A stretch of DNA of 55,703 nucleotides from a virus (Duplodnaviria; Caudoviricetes), in IMG/VR virus record IMGVR_UViG_3300012665_000794, positions 1 to 55,703 of that record; one strand, written 5' to 3'. Numbering within the stretch: the stretch's first letter is position 1; each line of letters starts with the position of its first letter. The notes under the pieces are model-generated. The model worked only from the letters and a program-made list of their open reading frames with translations. It was not told where the DNA came from and made no database searches. A program made the position numbers and the translations under genes. Positions 17,758 through 28,000 of the stretch are shown here, in pieces.

Positions 17758-18810
17758 ATGGCTATTGGTCGTATTTCCGGGCCGCTCTTAAAGCAGAATC
17801 TCATCAGAGATGGTGTGAATCTAGCATTTGAGACCGACCTACTCTATCTTGACGTAAACAACTCTCGCATAGGCGTAAACAACTCCTCTCCAACAACCGC
17901 CCTCGATGTTCTAGGAACCACAAGATCAACAACACTTACTGTAGATAATCAACTTGACGTTGGTAATTTACATATCACCGGCAATACTATTAGCAGTGAT
18001 TTACAAACCATTACGTTTCAACCTGCTGCTGGTAACCCAACAATTTATCACTCTAAATTACAAATAGACGATTTGCAGTTTAGTGGTAACACAATTTCCA
18101 CAACAGTTTCAAATTCAAATTTAGAATTTCGTCCTAACGGAACTGGGCGAGTATCTGTTGTAGGTAACACAAACATCACTGGAAACTTATATGTTTCTGG
18201 TAACATTGAAGCCACAGGAAATATTACAATTGGTGGTAATATTACTATTGGTGATGCACTAACAGACACTATTACAATTAATGCCAGTATACAAAGTAGT
18301 TTAATTCCTGAAACTACAGATACATATGATTTAGGTTCTTCATCATTTAGATGGAAAACAATGTATGTTGACGATATGTATGCTGACACTCTAAATCTTC
18401 CAACATTAGACATTGGACAATTAGAATTTAGAGACAACAGAATTACTACAAAGAGCGGTCAGGATCTTTACATCGACGGCAATGCAGCAGGCGGTGTTAG
18501 AGTAGGAAATTTTAAAATTGCAGATAACATTATTACCAACGTAGTTGTTAATGCAGTCACACAAATTATTCATACCGATAACGGATATTTTAAAATTGCA
18601 GGAACAAATGGTTTTGTTCCACCAGTGGGATCCGATGGGCAAAGACCTACTACATATGCAGTAACAGGTATGACTAGATATAATACCAATTCAAGAGCCT
18701 TAGAAATTTGGGATGGATTTGCTTGGGCATCACCTGCAGGTTCATCTGGTGCTGTTTCTGAAACAGACGCTAACGAAATTGCAGCTATATACTCAATTAT
18801 TTTAGGATAA
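17758..18810 (+). CDS. Virion structural protein
   Basis: MAIGRISGPLLKQNL, GNITIGGNITIGD repeats, and GMTRYNTN...EIWDG..W. Confidence 0.65.
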   Translation: MAIGRISGPLLKQNLIRDGVNLAFETDLLYLDVNNSRIGVNNSSPTTALDVLGTTRSTTLTVDNQLDVGNLHITGNTISSDLQTITFQPAAGNPTIYHSKLQIDDLQFSGNTISTTVSNSNLEFRPNGTGRVSVVGNTNITGNLYVSGNIEATGNITIGGNITIGDALTDTITINASIQSSLIPETTDTYDLGSSSFRWKTMYVDDMYADTLNLPTLDIGQLEFRDNRITTKSGQDLYIDGNAAGGVRVGNFKIADNIITNVVVNAVTQIIHTDNGYFKIAGTNGFVPPVGSDGQRPTTYAVTGMTRYNTNSRALEIWDGFAWASPAGSSGAVSETDANEIAAIYSIILG

Positions 18811-18814
18811 TAAT

Positions 18815-19147
18815 ATGCCAACCGTATTTAGAATGATCACAGCCACAGACGTAGGAACAACACCAATCGATGTTCTACAGATTGCCGAAGGTGTTAGAGC
18901 CACTGTCATTGGTTGTAATCTATCAAACACTACAACATACGATACTGTAAACGTTAACGTATATATTGTAGACGAAAATTCTACAGCAGCAACATTTGTT
19001 AAAAATGTTATCATTCCGCCCAATACCGCTGTGAAATTAATTACGGGTGGTGAAAAATTGATATTACCAGAAACAGCAGGACTTAGAGTAGAAAGCTCAA
19101 TAGATAACAGCGTAGATGCTGTGGTCAGTTATGTTGAGATATCATAA
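18815..19147 (+). CDS. Small beta-sandwich virion protein
   Basis: VIGCNLSN...IIPPNTA...GEKLIL...VSYVEI, the same pattern as 14472 and 32946. Confidence 0.6.
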   Translation: MPTVFRMITATDVGTTPIDVLQIAEGVRATVIGCNLSNTTTYDTVNVNVYIVDENSTAATFVKNVIIPPNTAVKLITGGEKLILPETAGLRVESSIDNSVDAVVSYVEIS

Positions 19148-19157
19148 GGAGCGATAG

Positions 19158-19520
19158 ATGAGTTACTTTGGAAGAACCCCTGCAGACATATTAGGAAACA
19201 GTCCACAGTATTTCTATGCTCTGCGCAGAAACGACGACGGTGAATTATATTTTATTCGCAGCGACCAATTGACAGACAATGACACTGTGATAATTAACAA
19301 TCCAGGGGCATCAACTGATAACTTTGATGATTTTGAAGCAGGTGTTGATTACTTTGAAGGTATTGATGAAGATCACAATGTAGTATTTTCAAATATGAAA
19401 TATCCTCAATATCGTTGGGATAATAGATCCATGTTGTATTATATTGACGACGAAGGTCGACTAGTGCAACGAATTAATAAAACTTATGAATACCCTACTG
19501 GTATTTCTTCAAACGGATAA
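19158..19520 (+). CDS. Hypothetical acidic protein, putative virion accessory
   Basis: 120 aa, AAGGAG SD, directly before the giant fibre gene. Confidence 0.6.
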   Translation: MSYFGRTPADILGNSPQYFYALRRNDDGELYFIRSDQLTDNDTVIINNPGASTDNFDDFEAGVDYFEGIDEDHNVVFSNMKYPQYRWDNRSMLYYIDDEGRLVQRINKTYEYPTGISSNG

Positions 19521-19531
19521 TGGAATAAAAC

Positions 19532-22500
19532 ATGGCAGAGTTTAAGATTAATAAATTTGCTTATACTTGGAAGGGAACCTGGACAAGTAGCACAGCATAT
19601 GTCAGAGATGACGTTGTAAGATACGGCGGTAGCTCTTTTGTATGTATTAGACCACATACAGCAGATACAGATTTTTATGAAGATTTGTATTATGTAATTC
19701 CCGGAGACACTGCACCAACACCGGCCTGGATAAAGATGACCGACGGTTTCTCTTATAGAGATTCATGGGCTGCAACAACAAAATATAATCTTGGCGATAT
19801 TATTCAATACGGTGGAAGATTATATCTTGTAATTGAAGACTATACTTCAACATCAACGTTTGATGATAATATAGGAAAACATGCTGTCTATGCTGAAGGT
19901 TCTTCATGGACAGGTAACTGGGCCGCTGCTACAAGATACGGCATTGGCGATCTAGTAAAATACAACGGTATCGTTTATAGATGTATCACTGGTCACACTT
20001 CTGCATCAACTTCGTTGGGAATTGAGGTAGATCAAGCCAAGTGGTCTACTTATTATGAAGGCATTGAATATAAAGATGTATATGCTTCTGGTGTAAGATA
20101 TAGAGTAAACGACCTAGTTAAATTTGGCGGAAGCATTTTAAGATGCACCACCGGACATACTTCTACATCTACACTTAATAATTCTTATTGGACCATTGAT
20201 CTACCTGGAAATAATCCTGTAGGCGATTGGACAAACACTGATCAATATGCAATTGGAGACATTGTAAAACATGGCGGTTACATGTATGTTTCTAAAACTA
20301 ACCACACAGGAATCAGTCCAGGAAATGAAGACTTCGGTGCTGCTAACTGGTTAGTAATATCTAAGGGTCAAAATTTCAGAGGATCTTGGAATTCAGAAAC
20401 AGTATACAAAACAGGTGACGTTGTTCAACGCGGCGGCCAAGTCTATGTTGCTACTCTTGACAGTTCCACAGACGGCAGCTCGTTAGATTATCTCGAAGCT
20501 GGTTCTTGGGAAGTAATTGTTCCTGGCGAACAGTGGAGAAATTATTGGGCTACTGATTCACAGTATGCAGTTGGCGATGTGATAATATTTGACGGTTCGG
20601 CTTATAAATGTAACTATGCACACACTGCCGACAGTCAAAACTATCCAGGCGACAACGGATCTGGATTTGTATATTGGTCATTACTGTTACAATCTGGACC
20701 AAACACTGGTCTAAGACAACGAGGTGATTTATTAACCTATGATTTACAGAGAGGCCTTGCTGGAGACACCAGCACAATTGGTGTTACTGCTGTTGAGATA
20801 GGAACAAACACACACCTATTAACAATTAACCAAGAAGATAGTTTATACTACAAAGCATTTAACGAACTAGCTAGAGAATTATATGTTGCCCCTAACGGCT
20901 TTGACGAGCCGGGAAGAGGACACAGTATTTTAAATCCTTTTAAAACAATTAGATACGCTTGCGAACGTGCAGAGGAATTAGGATATGCTGTTGAAACTAA
21001 TATCTATATTAGAACAGGCACATATCAAGAAATATTACCAATTATTGTTCCAAGAAAGACAGCATTAAAAGGCGAAGAAGTTCGTGCTGTAGTAGTTGAG
21101 CCAAATGAGCCAATTGCGGCATTGGCCAATGATGTCACCTATACTTTAGATATCTTAGCTAGAATGCGTGAGATACTACCAGACGTTATCGTAGGAGATC
21201 TAGTAACTCCTACTGCTGGAAACAATATTGATCAAGTTGTGTTATCAGGAGAAAGTGATAGCATGACTGCAACAACACTTACCGGATTAATCGACGATGT
21301 AAGTGATTATATTAACTACAAGTTAAACAACGGAACATCAAATCCAACAGTGTCTAGTTCAAATGACCCTACAACAGATTCGATGATTATAAATGCTACA
21401 TTGCAATTAGAAGCAAATATTGAATTCCTTCAAGAAGAAGCCGTGGCATTTATGCAGTATTATTATCCTAACTACACTTTTGATTCTAACTTATGTAGAA
21501 GAGATATTCAGAGATACATTAATGCGTTTATATACGACTTAACTTATACAGGAAACTATAAATCTGTATTTGCTGCAAGATACTATTGCAATGCTGTTAC
21601 AGGTTCTAATCACGAAGATATGTTTTATGTCCGTGATGCCACTGGTGTAAGAAATATGACCTTACAGGGTCTTCAGGGAACATTGAGTTCAACACTATAT
21701 AACGGAATATTCCGCAAGCCCACAGGCGGTGCCTATGTTTCTTTAGATCCAGGTTGGGGCCCAGATGATGAAAGAGTATGGATTACCACAAGATCATGTT
21801 ATGTTCAAAACGTAGCAACATTTGGTTACGGTGCAATTGGTCAAAAGATTGACGGAGCACTGCACAATGGTGGTAATAGATCTATTGTTTCCAACGACTT
21901 TACTCAGGTTATTTCTGATGGTGTTGGCGCTTGGGTATTAAACAACGGTAGAGCAGAACTTGTTTCTGTGTTTACATATTATTCTCATGTAGGTTACCTA
22001 GCAGAGAATGGCGGTAAAATTCGTGCTACCAACGGTAACAACTCATACGGAGATTTTGGATCGTTGGCTGTCGGTAATGATCCATCAGAAACTCCTAGAT
22101 ACGGTAATGTCAACAACAGAAATAATGAAGCAACCGTGTTGTCTGCGTTTGCAGGCGAAGTTAATGATTTTATCTTAACACTAGAATTTGAAAATGCTGG
22201 ACAGAATTATACACAGGCAACATACAGTATTATTGGTTCTGGAACTGGAGTTGATGTATTACAAGAAGATTTTAGAGACAAGGCAGTATTTTATCCTAAA
22301 CTTATAAATCCTCAAGATTCGTCATTGCCAGGCGGTGCTGGATTTATTGTAATTCAAAACAATGCACAAAGTGGTGATGCCACTAGTATTACTATTGCAT
22401 CCAACGACAATAACGAAGAATCTAAATATTTAGGTATGCGTATTGTTATTACCTCTGGAGTTGGAACTGGTCAATACGGTATTATTACTGGTTACAACAC

Positions 22501-25003
22501 ATTAACAAAAGTTGTGTCAGTTAAAAGAGAAAGCGACGGCGTAGCAGGTTGGGATCATGTGGTCCCAGGTTTTCCTATAGCTCCGTTGTTAATTAATTCA
22601 ACATCATATAGAATTGAAGCATTAGTCACATTTGATGCACCTCCATACATTACCAATGCACTTACATTACCAGTAAGCACATATTGGAGTAATGTAACAT
22701 ACGGTGAAACTCAAGAATCATTTGTAAATGTTTTAGGTTCGGCACCAGCAGGAACAACAATAGATATTCCTACTTCGATTGCAGCATGGAATGTAACAAA
22801 AACTGCTCGAACATACACAGTTGCTATTGGTGGATCTTCAGGCGCAGGATATGCTCTAGGACAACAGGTAATATTAACAGGCGATGATCTAGGCGGAGTT
22901 ACTCCAGATAATGACATCACTATTACAATTACTGGAATATCCAACGACAGCACAAACTCGATTACCAGTTATACCTATGAAGGTATAGCATCAAGTGGCC
23001 GTTTTGTTATTATTCCTTCAACAGGAACCAGTGCTATAGCATCTAAAGATGGAATTAGTTGGGAAAATTCTACATTACCAGCAAGTAGAGAATGGAAGGG
23101 GATAGCATCGGGTGCAAATAGATTTGTAACTATTGGTTACAATTCAGCATCTGTAGCACAATCTTTAGATGGAATAAATTGGACTGAGAGATCAATTGCA
23201 ACTAGACAATGGAATGCTATAGCCTTTGGTGGCGGAGTGTTTGTTGCAGTTGCAGGAAACTTGAACAGCTCAGGAAGAAGCACAGACAACGGAACAACAT
23301 GGACAGTTTCTAATAACCTTCCAACATTAGGTGATTCAACAATCAACGAATGGGTTGATATTGCCTACGGTAAAAACATGTTTGTGGCTATTGCAAACAG
23401 CAATAACGTTTATGCTATGAGCAACGACGGTGGTGCAACATGGACTGGCGGAATCATGGACGTTATTGCAGATTCAAGCCAAAAGGACTGGGTCAGCATT
23501 GCCTACGGTAGAGATCGTTTTGTGGCAATTTCAAGTCAAGGAGACATAGCTTATAGTTTTGACTCTGTAACTTGGTATCCGGGCACAATGCCAACACAAG
23601 ACGGATCAACTTCTATGAATTGGAAGAGTCTAACTTACGGTAACGGAGTATTTGTAGCAGTATGTGATACTGGATCAAGAGATATATTTGGAGATCCTAC
23701 AACAGGGCCAACAAATTATATGGCTACATCCGAAGATGGTATTGTATGGACAGGTAGAGAACTTTCCAGCTATCAAAATTGGATTGGTTGCGCATATGGA
23801 AATCCAGATATTACCCTTGATGATTCTACAGTTAGAGATCTTGGAAACAATACACCAACATGGATTGTAATTTCAGGCGATCAAACTAACGTGATAGATT
23901 TAGTTAAAGTTGGTTCTAGAGCAAAAGGTCGTGTAATACTAGCCAGCGGAAGAGTTGGCGGAATTAAATTACTAGATCCAGGTTCTGGTTATGTCAGCGG
24001 AAGTCCTGATGTAACTGTTTATGATCCAAATGCAGCAGCAGCACCATTCTTTAATAACAGAGTAGCAGACGGTGTTCTAGGACAGCCAAGCTGGTTGAAT
24101 AGAGGTAATGCTTATAAGACATCGACAACCAGGGTGACAGTGTCAGGAAACGGATTTGCAGATGTTATACCAGCTAATAGATATGTAACTCTTAGCGGGC
24201 TAACACAATATCCAAGACCTGGAGCACAGTTTAGATTTGATGGCAATCCTGAATTATACACAGCAGTGGTTATAACACCAATCACCGGCACATCATTTGA
24301 TGGACTAACAGCTAGATTCCAGATACAACCTTACTTTAATGTAGACAACGGTCCTGTGAATAATACACTGGTCGAAATTCGTGAAAGATATTCGCAATGT
24401 CGTATTACAGGACACGATTTCTTAGATATAGGAACTGGAAATTTCTTAGAAACCAACTATCCAGAATTATATTCTTCAGGCGATTTCTTCAAAGCACCTG
24501 AAAATGAAACTGTAGAAACAGATGGTGGTCGTGTATTCTATACATCCACAGATCAAGACGGTAACTTTAGAGCAGGTGAACTGTTTGCAGTTGAACAGGC
24601 CACAGGTATTGTTACAATTAGTGCTGACTATTTTGATTTAAATGGTCTATCAGAATTGGCGCTTGGTGGTGTTAGATTAGGTGGAACCGGAACTGTTATT
24701 AGAGAGTTCTCGACAGATCCGTTATTCAGTGCTGATAGTAATAATGTTATTCCAACACAGCGAGCTATTAAGGCTTATCTAGCTAATAGATTGAGTGTTG
24801 GCGGAGCAGATATTGCTACAGCCAGCTTTATCGCTGGAACAGTAAAAGTTGGTCCTGGCGAAATTCGTAGCACAATTAATGGGGCAACAGTATTTCCTCA
24901 AAGAATGGACTTTTATGGTTCAGATGCAAGTGGTAGAAATGGATCGATCAATGGAACAATATTAGCTCAAACGCTGTTCTATAGATCGTTTAAGCACAGA
25001 TAA
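19532..25003 (+). CDS. Giant virion structural/fibre protein (1823 aa)
   Basis: N-terminal W....Y..GDVV.YGG..Y.C...H repeats (CBM5/12-like), a beta-helix-like region, one CxRD helical repeat, and S.DG..W (Asp-box) propeller repeats. Paralogue of the next ORF. Confidence 0.75.
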   Translation: MAEFKINKFAYTWKGTWTSSTAYVRDDVVRYGGSSFVCIRPHTADTDFYEDLYYVIPGDTAPTPAWIKMTDGFSYRDSWAATTKYNLGDIIQYGGRLYLVIEDYTSTSTFDDNIGKHAVYAEGSSWTGNWAAATRYGIGDLVKYNGIVYRCITGHTSASTSLGIEVDQAKWSTYYEGIEYKDVYASGVRYRVNDLVKFGGSILRCTTGHTSTSTLNNSYWTIDLPGNNPVGDWTNTDQYAIGDIVKHGGYMYVSKTNHTGISPGNEDFGAANWLVISKGQNFRGSWNSETVYKTGDVVQRGGQVYVATLDSSTDGSSLDYLEAGSWEVIVPGEQWRNYWATDSQYAVGDVIIFDGSAYKCNYAHTADSQNYPGDNGSGFVYWSLLLQSGPNTGLRQRGDLLTYDLQRGLAGDTSTIGVTAVEIGTNTHLLTINQEDSLYYKAFNELARELYVAPNGFDEPGRGHSILNPFKTIRYACERAEELGYAVETNIYIRTGTYQEILPIIVPRKTALKGEEVRAVVVEPNEPIAALANDVTYTLDILARMREILPDVIVGDLVTPTAGNNIDQVVLSGESDSMTATTLTGLIDDVSDYINYKLNNGTSNPTVSSSNDPTTDSMIINATLQLEANIEFLQEEAVAFMQYYYPNYTFDSNLCRRDIQRYINAFIYDLTYTGNYKSVFAARYYCNAVTGSNHEDMFYVRDATGVRNMTLQGLQGTLSSTLYNGIFRKPTGGAYVSLDPGWGPDDERVWITTRSCYVQNVATFGYGAIGQKIDGALHNGGNRSIVSNDFTQVISDGVGAWVLNNGRAELVSVFTYYSHVGYLAENGGKIRATNGNNSYGDFGSLAVGNDPSETPRYGNVNNRNNEATVLSAFAGEVNDFILTLEFENAGQNYTQATYSIIGSGTGVDVLQEDFRDKAVFYPKLINPQDSSLPGGAGFIVIQNNAQSGDATSITIASNDNNEESKYLGMRIVITSGVGTGQYGIITGYNTLTKVVSVKRESDGVAGWDHVVPGFPIAPLLINSTSYRIEALVTFDAPPYITNALTLPVSTYWSNVTYGETQESFVNVLGSAPAGTTIDIPTSIAAWNVTKTARTYTVAIGGSSGAGYALGQQVILTGDDLGGVTPDNDITITITGISNDSTNSITSYTYEGIASSGRFVIIPSTGTSAIASKDGISWENSTLPASREWKGIASGANRFVTIGYNSASVAQSLDGINWTERSIATRQWNAIAFGGGVFVAVAGNLNSSGRSTDNGTTWTVSNNLPTLGDSTINEWVDIAYGKNMFVAIANSNNVYAMSNDGGATWTGGIMDVIADSSQKDWVSIAYGRDRFVAISSQGDIAYSFDSVTWYPGTMPTQDGSTSMNWKSLTYGNGVFVAVCDTGSRDIFGDPTTGPTNYMATSEDGIVWTGRELSSYQNWIGCAYGNPDITLDDSTVRDLGNNTPTWIVISGDQTNVIDLVKVGSRAKGRVILASGRVGGIKLLDPGSGYVSGSPDVTVYDPNAAAAPFFNNRVADGVLGQPSWLNRGNAYKTSTTRVTVSGNGFADVIPANRYVTLSGLTQYPRPGAQFRFDGNPELYTAVVITPITGTSFDGLTARFQIQPYFNVDNGPVNNTLVEIRERYSQCRITGHDFLDIGTGNFLETNYPELYSSGDFFKAPENETVETDGGRVFYTSTDQDGNFRAGELFAVEQATGIVTISADYFDLNGLSELALGGVRLGGTGTVIREFSTDPLFSADSNNVIPTQRAIKAYLANRLSVGGADIATASFIAGTVKVGPGEIRSTINGATVFPQRMDFYGSDASGRNGSINGTILAQTLFYRSFKHR

Positions 25004-25011
25004 TAGTTAGT

Positions 25012-25019
25012 GATAAATA
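25012..25019 (+). promoter_or_regulatory. Late promoter-like motif GATAAATA
   Basis: Intergenic, 20 nt before the ATG at 25040. Confidence 0.55.
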
Positions 25020-25039
25020 ATGTAACTTGGAGCATTTAA

Positions 25040-28000
25040 ATGGCAGAATTTAAATTAGGTAGAATTAGATTTGTATGGAAGGATAACTGGACAACAGGAA
25101 CCGCATACTATAAAGACGATGTTGTTCGTCAAGGCGGTAAAACTTTTATTTGCACGGTAGGTCATACTGCCGCTGCTGATTTCTATACAGACCTTAGCTT
25201 TGTTCCTACAAAGTGGAATCAAATGACCGATGGTCAGGAATGGAAAGGAAACTGGACCACTGCTACTTCTTATAAAGTAGGTGATACAGTTAAGTATGGC
25301 GGAACAGTTTATATCTGTAGAACATCGCATACATCTGCATCTACATCTGCTCTAGGTTTAGAAAACAGTATTGCTAACTGGGATACCTTTGCAGAAGGAT
25401 TTGATTGGAAAGGCGATTGGGGTATTAATACTAGATACAAACCCAACGATGTTGTTTCCTATGGCGGTATCACATACATCTGCGTAACTGGCCATACATC
25501 TGCTTCAACTACTGGTTTAGGTTTAGAAAATAATTCTGCTGCATGGGAAGAATGGAATACTGGTCTTGAATATAAAGGCTCATGGAGTGGTTCAAGTGTT
25601 CGATACAAAGTCAACGACATTGTTAAACACGGCGGTGGCACATGGATTTGTATAACTGCCCACACTTCTCAGGCATTGTTTACCACTGACGAAGCAAAGT
25701 GGAGTCAATTCAATGAAGGTATTGAGTTTGAAGGTGACTGGTCAGGTGCAACAGCATACCAAATTGGCGATATTGTTCGTTACGGTGGTAATCAATATGT
25801 TGCCAAAACAAACAATACTGACGAAAATCCAAGAACCAGCACAGCAAACTGGGATTTATTCTCAGAAGGTTTTAAATATAGAAACGCACATGCTCTAACC
25901 ACAAGTTATCTAATCGGTGATGTGGTAAGACACAGCGGACACATTTATCTAGCTTCAACAGATTCAACAGCATTACAATTTACCTGCACCAGCACATTGG
26001 GTGCTTCAGAAAGATTTGTAATGTCTACACCGACCACCAATGTTCAAGTTGGTCAAGCTGTTCGTTTCTCCGGAACCACATTCGGCGGAGTTTTAGCAGG
26101 CGCAACTTATTACGTTAAAACAGTAGTAAGCCCTACAGATATTACAATCTCTACTACTCCAGGCGGCACAACATTTAACGTTCCAGGCAATGCTTCTGGA
26201 ACAATGACAGTAGATATCGGTTGGTTACCAAGTCAAGCAGAAGCATCTAGCGTATGGACTAGATTAAACAGCGGTCTAAATTGGATTGGTGAATGGCTGG
26301 ACGACACAGAATACGATACAGGCGATGTTGTTCGTTACGGTGCTAACTCTTATGTTTGCGTAGCTCGTCATAGATCAGACGGCGACGACGGTTCTACAAT
26401 AGGAACACAGGGCGGCGGACAATCTAACAGCCGTCCAGACAGAGATTCTACCGGAACATATTGGAATATTTTAACAATTGGAACAGAAACCAGTTTACTA
26501 ACCACAAGGGGTGACTTAGTTTACTTTGGTGGCGCAGGCCCAACAAGATTGCCAGTAGGACTTGAAGGTCAAGTTTTACGTGTCAGCGAAGACGAAATTC
26601 CAGAATGGTTTACAATTGGTAAAGTTGATCATGTTTACTACGTGGCGAATCACGGAACTGATCAACCAGCACCAATTCACGGTTTAACTGTTGACAAACC
26701 TTGGTCTAGCATACGCTATGCTTGCGAACAAGTATTAGCAGGTCCAAGAAATTTAAATGCAGCAAGATTACTTGAACTTAATAGAGCGTTTATTCAAAGA
26801 GAAACAGTTGAGTGGATTGAATCTCAAGTTTCTAGTAACACTGCACCATTTACTACATCATTTACATTCAAAGACGATCGTTGCGAAAGAGATGTTGGAT
26901 ACATTATTGATGCAGTTATCTGGGACATCCGTCATGGCGGAAATAGAAAGACTAGAGAATCGGCATTATCTTATGTTAATGATGCTCCAAGATTCTATAC
27001 ACTAGGTCAAGAAGCAGAAACTGTAGCAGCTATTAATTATTCATTGACTGTTATGAATAATGTGTTAGATCAAACAGCACCGGTAGCAAATTATCAAACA
27101 TTAAACGGAGATAATTCGACAGCTATTGTTGCACAGTGGACTGATTCTAGTATCGCAGCAGAAACTGGTATAAAAACCACAGTAGCTGGCCTAGTAGAAA
27201 TTGTTACAGATGCTATCACTGCTGGTGTTGACACAGACATTCCAGCAGAGTATTTGCCAAGCACAATTATTCACGTTAAGACAGGTCGTTATTTAGAAGA
27301 ATTACCAATCGTAGTTCCAGAAGGATGCTGTTTGTTAGGTGACGAAGTTCGTTCAGTCAATGCTGGACCAACTGCAGGAACAACAAACATTGCAGACGCA
27401 TACTACTCACTACAAACTCTATCTAGAATGGAGTCAATAGTAGGTGACATTGTAGTAGGAACCACAGTGTCTAAGACTTCTGGTAATACTGCTAGCCAAT
27501 CAAAATTGTTCCCGTATGCTGATACAACACAGCAAACCACAGTTAAGCAATTGGTAAGAGCAATCCGTCATAGTATTGATTGGAGACTTGGCACTATGAA
27601 TCTAGCTTCATACCCAGATCCAACAAGTTATAACTCAGGATACCTAGTTGGTTACGGTGATGCCAGAACACAACTGCTACTAAACAAAGAATATTTCAAA
27701 GTTGAAGTTACAGCATTTATCGATGCTAACTACCCAGATGTATATTACAGCAGAACAAAATGTCAACAAGACGTTGGATATATTGTAGATGCTCTAGTAT
27801 ATGACTTAACTTATGGTGGATATCAACAAAGTATCACAGCAGGACTAGCATATTTTAATGGTGCTGGCGGCGCAATGGCCATTGACTCTGAAGAGTTGGG
27901 AGCTACAATTGCAGCTATGAATCATCTAAAAGGCATGGTTCAAGATGCTATCGTGTTAACTCCAACAGGCGGCGATCAAAACGAAATCCCACAGTGGAGA